Of a stretch of DNA of 64,000 bases, positions 1 through 8,400 are shown piece by piece. Both the position numbers and the translations under genes were made by a program. The stretch comes from Spirochaetota bacterium (GTDB lineage Bacteria > Spirochaetota > Spirochaetia > Treponematales > UBA12059). A model generated the notes under the pieces. It worked only from the letters and a program-made list of their open reading frames with translations. It was not told the DNA's origin and made no database searches. Where the stretch lies: NCBI GenBank assembly GCA_031402655.1, contig JANNSO010000038.1, forward strand, positions 17,260-81,259, read 5' to 3'. Every line of letters begins with the position of its first letter. Within the stretch, counting starts at the first letter, position 1.

Positions 1-2523
1 GCGAACCGCCATTACTATTGAACCACCTAGTTTTTCTATGACTTCCAATCCACCTTCACGAGTACCCCCTTGAGCAATGGTATTTGTGGCTAGGGTTCCG
101 AAGGCACGTGCAGGTTTTAGCAAATTATAATTACGTCGTACAAAATAGCCAACCAAATCAATAGCACCAGCAGGTGCATATTCTGTCGTCAAATAATCAA
201 GATAAGCTGCACCAAAAGTGCTTTTCAATTTCCGGTTACCTAAAAACGGAGGATTGCCCAAAAAGCAATCAAAGCCACCATCCTGCATAACCTCGGCAAA
301 CTCCAAAAACCAATGAAAAAATCGGCGTTCCGAAGCCGCCTTTTCGGCACGTAGGCTTATTGGGTGGTCTTGCAAGTCAGTAGTACCGTTTAGAAATTCA
401 CGGTATTGGCTTTCAGTAGCTATAGCTTCATGTGGTTGTTTGTTAATAAAAAACGGTGCAACTTTGATGTCAGCCAAAGCTTTAAGCTTAAGCCAAGCGC
501 TGCCTGACGTTACGTGCTGGTAGGTTTCTTTCTTATGTGCAGCTGCCTCTGGCGTCGAGTCGTCCATGGCTCCAATGGCTTTTAGTGTTTCAATAACCGT
601 ATTCAAGCTATCGCCTAGTGGGCTACGCCAATTAAACATTGCTTGTTTGATTGCAGCGTCTTCATATTCTTTTTTATGACGCTTACGTAACAAAGCGCCA
701 TAGTCCTTGTCATCACCATCGCGAGAGGCAAAGGCGGCTTCGCTTATTCCGTCAAGTAACTCTTCGGCCCTAGTAAGGCCTACAAGGCTATCACCGCATT
801 TTATATGGTTATCCAAGAAACCTAGTGAAGTGCCGGGATTATGGCTTTCTAGCCAGAGTGCTACTTTACATAATCGAACGGCTTGCGGGTTACTGTCCAC
901 ACCATAAATACAATGTTCTATGACTTCACGAAGCGCTTTACGGTAACTGCCAGGATCGGGATTGTCAGTGCCAGTACGCACCCGGGCAAGTTCCAAGGCA
1001 ATTCGGCGCGCGGCATTGAGTAAAATGTGTCCTGAACCGCAAGCATCATCGCATACCTTCAGTTTAAGTAGGCGTTCCTGTGCATCCGTATGCGTTAAGG
1101 CTTCGGTTATAAGTGGTTCAAGGGCGTGTTCTATGAGAGGCTGTACGAGTTCCTCAGGCGTGTAATGGCTACCGCTTCTGCCTCGGTCGTTACCTTTGGT
1201 AAAACAGAAACGCCAGATACTGCCATGGTCGGCAACGCAAGCATCCAAGTCTAGTAAGCCTTCATATACTGAGCCAAATTCTTCAACGTTTAGCGCTGCA
1301 TAGTTAACGCGTACTTCCACGCCTCGCTTATCGTCCAGATACGAGTCTAAAAGATTGAGGCCACGCGCAAAGGCATAATTATCAATAGTTAACTCTTTGA
1401 GCAAAGGCATGGCGTCCATTGCAAAAAGATCGCCTGCCAGCGGTTTAAGACCCAGCTTCTCAGCCTGCGCGGCATCTTCATGCAAGTCAAAGCAGGAACA
1501 TAAGGTTTGCCATAAATCTACGTGTCGCGATTCCTCGCGCCTTACAAGGCGACAACGAGTCCTTAACGATTGCAGCGAATAATACGTAAAGTAGATCTCC
1601 TTAAGGTCCTGCGAGCATTCGCTTGGGTGTACAAGGTCGCGTTCTTCGATAACGAGCAGGAACAATATCCGATAGACAAGAGTCAATAAATCTTCATACA
1701 GATTTGACGCCTGCCAAGCCCCAGCCTTGAATGTTTCCCGGAAACGAGTGTTTTCTGCATGAGCTAAAAAGCCGTCAGCCCACAATACCATGGACTGCTC
1801 CACTGCTACAGAAAGTTTATTGCGTATTCGCTCACCGTTTTCCAGGCTATCTTGATGATACTGTTCAAGGAGGCAGGTTGCGGCATCTTGACCTTGCTCA
1901 GGCCAGCGGCTTACGTGTAGTAGCCGAAACAATACTGCAAAGTCTGCATACAGTTCTTCCTCGAATATCTGTTCAAGGTTAAACTCAAGATACGATAATT
2001 TAACAAGGCGGCTTGAATCCCGTAGTATGCGCAACACAAGCCCATTACTTACGATTGCAAAGAGCGTTTCCTCGTTCAGATTCAAGTATTCCTGCACGAG
2101 ACTATGAGGGCTGTACCGAGCGCCTTCCCGTTTTTTATCAAGGCTTTCCATCCAGCCAACGATGTGCACAGGGCAAATCCGTCCACCTGCTTTGTAGCTT
2201 ATCGCAAAACTTTTTCCGGCAACTTCTTCAGCTTGAGCAGCTTGCAAATCAAATCCAAGTAATGCCAAAAAAGGCTGCAACCAGAACTGACGCGTGCGAG
2301 AAGTGCCGTATTTATCTTTTATGTCTTCTCGCTCACGCCGTGCTCGGAACATGCCCCATTGAGCCTTGGCGTCAGCCCAAGCGATTGCAATTTCGTCCTT
2401 TACCTTACCTTGAAGGCAAAAGTCGCCAGGCTTCTGCCCTTTCAAAGTGTTATCGTCGCTTAACTTGTCTATGGTCTGGGGACCTATAAGACCGCCCTCC
2501 CAAGAAATGCCTGCATATTTCAT
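1..2523 (-). CDS. N6-adenine DNA methyltransferase, Eco57I/PglX/DrmMI-like; C-terminus cut by window start
   Basis: Absent from the ORF track because the frame reaches no stop inside the window. Hand translation of the minus strand from ATG 2523..2521 gives 841 uninterrupted codons (MKYAGISWEGGLIGPQTIDKL...). AdoMet motif KVCDDACGSGHILL lies at about 1024-1065. SHYTPEELV and catalytic GNPPF are present (NPPF = 244-255). The ATG overlaps the TGA of the upstream helicase gene (ATGA, 2520-2523). Confidence 0.85.
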   Translation of the reverse strand, partial: MKYAGISWEGGLIGPQTIDKLSDDNTLKGQKPGDFCLQGKVKDEIAIAWADAKAQWGMFRARREREDIKDKYGTSRTRQFWLQPFLALLGFDLQAAQAEEVAGKSFAISYKAGGRICPVHIVGWMESLDKKREGARYSPHSLVQEYLNLNEETLFAIVSNGLVLRILRDSSRLVKLSYLEFNLEQIFEEELYADFAVLFRLLHVSRWPEQGQDAATCLLEQYHQDSLENGERIRNKLSVAVEQSMVLWADGFLAHAENTRFRETFKAGAWQASNLYEDLLTLVYRILFLLVIEERDLVHPSECSQDLKEIYFTYYSLQSLRTRCRLVRREESRHVDLWQTLCSCFDLHEDAAQAEKLGLKPLAGDLFAMDAMPLLKELTIDNYAFARGLNLLDSYLDDKRGVEVRVNYAALNVEEFGSVYEGLLDLDACVADHGSIWRFCFTKGNDRGRSGSHYTPEELVQPLIEHALEPLITEALTHTDAQERLLKLKVCDDACGSGHILLNAARRIALELARVRTGTDNPDPGSYRKALREVIEHCIYGVDSNPQAVRLCKVALWLESHNPGTSLGFLDNHIKCGDSLVGLTRAEELLDGISEAAFASRDGDDKDYGALLRKRHKKEYEDAAIKQAMFNWRSPLGDSLNTVIETLKAIGAMDDSTPEAAAHKKETYQHVTSGSAWLKLKALADIKVAPFFINKQPHEAIATESQYREFLNGTTDLQDHPISLRAEKAASERRFFHWFLEFAEVMQDGGFDCFLGNPPFLGNRKLKSTFGAAYLDYLTTEYAPAGAIDLVGYFVRRNYNLLKPARAFGTLATNTIAQGGTREGGLEVIEKLGGSIVMAVR

Positions 2524-5396
2524 AACGAACCCTCGCTTACAGGTACGAATATGTACATGCCAAGCACATCGAGGGGAATCACCGGTTCAACGACGCGAAA
2601 GCGTGCGTTTTTAGTTACTGTCCCCAAACCTTGTACTTCACCTAAAGCGCGGTAATAGCGTTCGTGTTCACGTATCAGTTCATTGGCGCGTTCGTGCGCA
2701 AGTACATCCAAGGCAGTTCGCGTCTGCTCTAAAAGGACAAGTTCGCGCTCAAGCTGACGTTTTTGCGTTTCCAATGGAATATCTCCGACAATTTTCGGGT
2801 CATTCATGAGTGTTTCTGTTTCCTCAACGCTCATGATCTGCCTACTCGTTCCTTTATAGCCCCGAACCAAAATTTCTTCCGCCACGAGATGCCCGCCAGC
2901 TCGTTTATCTTCTATAACATGTCTCGCCCGTAAAACATAGATGGCACAACGCTCGCTTATGACTGTAGAAGCGCTAACCGAAGCCCGAGATGCATTCTTG
3001 TATTCTCTATCAGGATTAAGGGATTCAGATAAAACAAGTTGGCATAAAGCTTCCACGGCATCGTTATTACGCCCCCAGTAGACAGTGCCTTCCGGAGTTG
3101 GTGCCTTAAAAGCCAAACTGGTTTTCCCGGGCAACCATTTGCGCAGGGTATCGGGTACCTGAGTTGCGTTCACGTTAATTATTAATTTCTTGTCATCAAG
3201 TGGTATGTTTACGCCATAGAGTTCTTTCAATGCAGTATGAACGAAACGGCAAACGGTTTCCGGTCTTCCTACTGCTTCGTCGGTACGACCCAGGTCTTTT
3301 TCTATTTCCTGCGCCTTGATACTACGCTGGGCAAAAATAGTCCGCAAGCTTATTTCTTTCTTCTCTCGTTCGTTCATCAAAATTCCCAGAGCCTGTTCAC
3401 TACGGACCATCTCGTCCAAGCCGAACAATTCCATCTGATCTACTGGCTTTCTTTTCTTTTCTGCTTCCGCAAGCAAAGCCTTGAATATGGTATCGAGGAA
3501 CACCTTGGAATCCTCGGGAAACGGTATGCTTACGCCAATATTGGTTCGTATCACTTTGGCCTTGTTGTACAACACCTTGAGTACGATCTGATCCATGGGG
3601 TTATCCTGCCCAAAGAGCAGACAAGTATATACGTTTGGCTTTAGCTGCCCAAAACGATCTACTCGTCCCTCGCGCTGTTCCAAGCGGTTCGGGTTCCAAG
3701 GCAAATCGTAATGCAATACCGCATCAAAAATATGCTGCAAGTTGATACCTTCGGACAGGCAATCGGTAGCTACTAGCACACGGCGCTTAATCTGGCCATC
3801 AATCGGAGCCATCGCCTGTACCCGTTCGCGGCGCACTTCGTCAGGATCTTCGCTGGTAATGCATTCCACCAGCACCTTGTTCCCTAATTCCTTCTGGAGT
3901 TTATCAGCAAGGTATTTGGCGGTTTCAATATAGCGGCAAAAAACTACCGGTGATATTTCCTTCGCAATCCAGTCTTTTATCTGCAAGGCGCAATAAAACG
4001 CCTTTGCATCCTTGTTTCCTTCCTGTAATCCGCGCAGGATTTTACCAAAGCGTGCAAAGCTTTCTTTCTGTCCGGTCTTTAGTTCTATCTGTTCCAGAAC
4101 GGGAGTTGGCAATTCGTCATCACTGGCTTCTAGTCGCTCATAGTGTGGATTTTCCAGTTCTTCCGCACTTATAGAATCATCGGCTTCAGCGTTTTTATTG
4201 GCACTCCCTGCCCGGTTCTCAAGCATCGTAGCTCCAGCCGCTGGGCTGGAAATTATACCACGCAGCAATGCCAGTGCCGACCAGTAGCGGAATCGTTTCT
4301 GATTTTCACTACCGCCGGGAGCAGCCATAAGAGCGGATGCGAAAAGCAATACTTCGTCGTATAAAGCCTGATATTCGGCACTCAGCTTGTAGGGAATATC
4401 CTTGGAGACACGCGTAGGAAATGGTGTTGTTTCATCGAGCCATACTTTTATATCACCGCGCCTGCGTTGCACGAAATGTTCGGCCAGCTCGGCACGTAGA
4501 TTTTTTTTGTCTTCAGACTCCCATTCGCCTGTTTCAAACGCTGGCTTTAGCAGTCCTAACAGGGAACGAAACTCGTCTTCCTTCCCCGAATGAGGAGTTG
4601 CTGTCATCAACACAAGATGCTGCTTGGGGTTTTGCGCTAAAGTACGAACCAAACGATGCCGTAATTGCTGGCCATGGTGCGAACCTTGCGGCTTCGCGCA
4701 GGTATGTACTTCATCGACAATAACCAGTTCCGGGGCTTGCGACGTAAACACGCTATAGCGTTGATCGCTTTTAATATAATCGATGCTGATAACCTGATAC
4801 GGGTAATACTCAAACACGCTGCGGTCGCCTTGAATCTTTCGGTCAAGACTTGCCTGCGTTGTTGTTCGCATGATAACCGCATCGATATTGAACTTTTCCT
4901 TAAGCTCGGTATGCCATTGATCGCAGAGATGTGGAGGACACAGAATCGCGAATCGCTTTATTTCCCTGCGCTCAATAAGTTCTTTTGCAATCAGCAGAGC
5001 TTCCACAGTTTTACCAACACCCACATCGTCGGCAATAAGCAGTCGTATCGCGTCCTGCTGTTTTAATGCCATAATGAGAGGCACCATCTGGTAACTGCGC
5101 GGTCTAAACCCAAGCATTGCTGCACAGCGAAAAGGTCCAGCGGCAGAACGCAATGACAGCCTTGATGCATCGAATAGTAGCCGGGCAGCACGAGCTGTTC
5201 CGAGATCTCCTACTGTTGGCGGGTTAAACTGCGATGGCTGCACACTTCCTGTGGCCATAAGGGGCATATAAATTCCGCTTACATCGTCTTCACGCCCACC
5301 AAGGGGCTTCAAGCGCAATAGATCTGCATTTTCAGAAGGAAGTACAACCCAATCTCTGCCACGCGCATGGACTAACGTTCCGGTTTTATAGAGCAT
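2520..5396 (-). CDS. SNF2-family helicase (DISARM DrmD-like)
   Basis: 958-aa ORF. Motif I DDVGVGKTVEA, DExH box LVIVDEVHTC, and helicase-C block VLVATDCLSEGINLQ...LPWNPNRLEQREGRVDRFGQ are typical of SNF2/RapA-type ATPases. There is a 6-nt gap to the upstream gene and a 4-nt overlap with the downstream methyltransferase. Confidence 0.85.
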   Translation of the reverse strand: MLYKTGTLVHARGRDWVVLPSENADLLRLKPLGGREDDVSGIYMPLMATGSVQPSQFNPPTVGDLGTARAARLLFDASRLSLRSAAGPFRCAAMLGFRPRSYQMVPLIMALKQQDAIRLLIADDVGVGKTVEALLIAKELIERREIKRFAILCPPHLCDQWHTELKEKFNIDAVIMRTTTQASLDRKIQGDRSVFEYYPYQVISIDYIKSDQRYSVFTSQAPELVIVDEVHTCAKPQGSHHGQQLRHRLVRTLAQNPKQHLVLMTATPHSGKEDEFRSLLGLLKPAFETGEWESEDKKNLRAELAEHFVQRRRGDIKVWLDETTPFPTRVSKDIPYKLSAEYQALYDEVLLFASALMAAPGGSENQKRFRYWSALALLRGIISSPAAGATMLENRAGSANKNAEADDSISAEELENPHYERLEASDDELPTPVLEQIELKTGQKESFARFGKILRGLQEGNKDAKAFYCALQIKDWIAKEISPVVFCRYIETAKYLADKLQKELGNKVLVECITSEDPDEVRRERVQAMAPIDGQIKRRVLVATDCLSEGINLQHIFDAVLHYDLPWNPNRLEQREGRVDRFGQLKPNVYTCLLFGQDNPMDQIVLKVLYNKAKVIRTNIGVSIPFPEDSKVFLDTIFKALLAEAEKKRKPVDQMELFGLDEMVRSEQALGILMNEREKKEISLRTIFAQRSIKAQEIEKDLGRTDEAVGRPETVCRFVHTALKELYGVNIPLDDKKLIINVNATQVPDTLRKWLPGKTSLAFKAPTPEGTVYWGRNNDAVEALCQLVLSESLNPDREYKNASRASVSASTVISERCAIYVLRARHVIEDKRAGGHLVAEEILVRGYKGTSRQIMSVEETETLMNDPKIVGDIPLETQKRQLERELVLLEQTRTALDVLAHERANELIREHERYYRALGEVQGLGTVTKNARFRVVEPVIPLDVLGMYIFVPVSEGSL

Positions 5397-5402
5397 GGTG
5401 GT

Positions 5403-8400
5403 TTATCGTACCTTTCTGAAAATATCGGGACGAGAAGCTACAAGCTCATCCAATGATTCCAGGTAATGATACACGATATAATCTTGACCCATATCGAGTA
5501 TCGCATCGCGCTGTTGTGTGTCCTTATTCATTACCGATTCGCGGTCATGGGGAGTGCCGTCGCAAAATACATGAATGGGCACGCTGCCATGTATCGGCGC
5601 ATAGTAAAAATCGGGTACACAATATAATCCGGTTACTTTACGTTGAGCCTCGTCCGGCAATCGCAAACCATGGTCATACACGTAATCGAGAAACTTTCGC
5701 TCCGTTACGCTGTTTGTATCATAAGCATCAAGCAAGCGCTTGTATTGTTCTTCGTAAGTACCAGCATCTGCCACGCCTACTTCTACACGGGCAGAACGCA
5801 GGCGCTCCATGGCTCCTCTAATCAAATTGCGATCTATAATGGCATGGTCAGGCTGATTATAATAGCTTAACAGGTCATCGTAGCTTGCTTTATCCGTGTA
5901 AGTAGGGTCGTCGAACCTGCACAAACGCCATGCCTCATCGGCGACCATCTTCCAGGCGTCATTATCATCGACCAAACCGGCAAGGACTCCCAAACTGCCT
6001 TCTGCCGCTTCATACATTAAAAGATTCGGTTCGGCAGCCTCACCAATGGGAACAATTCCTAATTCGGCGCTTTCTATGCTGAAGACTCGTTCAACTGCAG
6101 TTTTCAAGGCGTATTGCAGTGTTGTACGTCCCGAAGCATCAAGTTCGAGTATTTTAAGCGGCTCAATATAGAGCGCATCAGCAGTATCGCTGGTGTATAA
6201 TTTCACGATTTTCAGGTCGTCCATCGTTACCGATTTTGATTGCAGTTTCCCTGTCGCGATACTCTCGCGATATCCATGGCTCTTCCAATGTCCTGATATC
6301 TTATTCAGTACAAAACCATCGGCTTTCTGGTTACGCCATTTTGAGTTTACGTATACCAGCTCGGCAGAAGGTATGAAGCGCAATCGAAGCAAAATATCCT
6401 CTCCCGACATAAGCCTGAGTTCTCGTATACGCGAAGGATCGCCGGTAAAACGGAAATATGTGTCTATTTGATAACCAAGGCGTGTCCGTTCCTCTTCTTC
6501 ACAGGTAATATGGGTCATCCGCTCGGCAATTCCGTCAGGCAAGCGCATAAGTCCGGCTATTTTACAGGTATGCGTATCCAGCTCTGCCCCAGTCCAAGGG
6601 TCGGTATTTCGCTGCTGGTCTGAGCCCAGAAGGATATACCCAGATCTTGAACAGACCGTAGCTTCTTCTCCATCATTAGCGATTTCCTGTAACTGAGCGC
6701 GAGTAACTTGATACTTAGCCCCATTATGGTAGATTAGATTTTCAGGTCCCATTTCACGGATTGCCAACACACGGTCACGGCTTAAAGCTTCCGCATCCTT
6801 ATCTAGCTGCAGGAACAAGCGAACTGGTAACCGGGTAAAATTATAACCGGGTAAAAAACCTTCGCTTGCAAGATAACGGTATGCATAGAACTCGGAGAAA
6901 CTTCCACCTCCAGCTTCATTCAATAGAAGTTTGCGCATCCTCAGGGCAAGGCTTGCATTACGGTATGCTTCCTTATGCTCGACACTGGTTGTCTGAATAA
7001 TCGGGTTATCTAAAACACGGTCTGCATCGTCCTTTTGCCTGGCTTGTTGATGGAACAAGTTTCTCCAGCGATCCATAGCGGAATCAAATGTACCCGGTAG
7101 ATTAATAAGCTGGCGTTCAGCCCAATCGGGGGTATACCAGGAGCACAAAGCAAGATCAGGTAGCAAATCATCTATTACAGCGAGCCATTTCTTGATTATG
7201 GATTCTGAATTTATGGAAGCCCTGGCTACATCGATTTTTGTTTCCGGCTTTAGCGGAATCAAGGGGTTCAGAATATCCAGCACGTCATCAAGCTTTCCGC
7301 TTAACCCAGCGATGCCGCGTTTCGAAAGATACAATGCATGGAAGTGGCTTCGCAATAATTCTTCATTAACCAGATCGAGGCGTGGTGCATGCACGGCACC
7401 GGATACCATATCATTATTGTTTTTGAAAAAATGAGTATCGTGAGCAGAACGCCTGCTGCAGCTAGTAAAGACAAGAGCTGGCTGGCCACTACGCCCTGCC
7501 CGCCCGGATCGTTGCGCATAGTTTGCAGCATTCGGTGGCACATTGCGCATATGAACGATACTCAGGTCGGCAATATCGATACCCAGTTCCATTGTCGGGG
7601 AGCAAAACAACGTTGATAATTTGCCGCTTCTAAAATCATCTTCCCGGCTCTGTCGTTCATTCTTGTCAACTTGCCCCGTATGTTCTTTAGCTTTTATACG
7701 CCCGGCAATGCTGGTTGAATTATATAAATCCCTAAAAAATTCGTTTGGGCTGCGTAGTGTATCTCGAACATTCCGCCTAAAAACTGGGTCGGCCGAAATT
7801 GTTCCATCCCCAAGCTTCCAAGTAATCTGGTCAGCTTTAAGCCGGTACGCCTTCTCCCCCGTAGCTTTAGGAATAGGCATACTCAATAGCCAGCCCGCAC
7901 TTTCCATGCGGTCAAGAAGCTTGCCAATAAAATCAATATAGGTAGGACCATCCATTTTGATGCCTTCTTTTGAAAGCATCTGTCGGATGTATTTCCCTAG
8001 TCGGCTTTGTTCTCCGATAGATTGCGAGAATCCAACATTTCGAGGTAGGTTTGCGCGTTTAAGCGTAAGCCAGTTTGGTTCCTGAATATCCTTTTCTTCT
8101 GGGACCCAATCAGGATGAAGGTTTTCCTTGAATTCCTCCAAATTTTTACGCAAGGCTCCTTCGCCAAAATATGAGGCGTGGCTAAAGGCATAAGATTTAC
8201 GAAAATATTCAAGCACCAAATGCACGAGAGTGGGGAAATCAAGTTCACTGCCTTTGCAAATATCGGGTAAGTCTCCCCATGCAGAATCGCCAATACGTTC
8301 ATCCCACTCATCATATGCAATAGTCAATAAACCGCACGCCTCAAGGCCAGGCATATTTATTCGCCATGAGTTTGATAGATCAGCGAGTACTAGGTACTTT

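Noticed and set aside
707-2489. Five plus-strand track ORFs (707..907, 962..1165, 1397..1582, 1731..1982, 2013..2489) in the first 2.5 kb
   Set aside because: Their low-complexity Ser/Arg/Cys-rich translations carry no motifs. All lie antisense to a continuous 841-codon minus-strand frame with clear methyltransferase motifs. That frame is missing from the track only because it has no stop inside the window.
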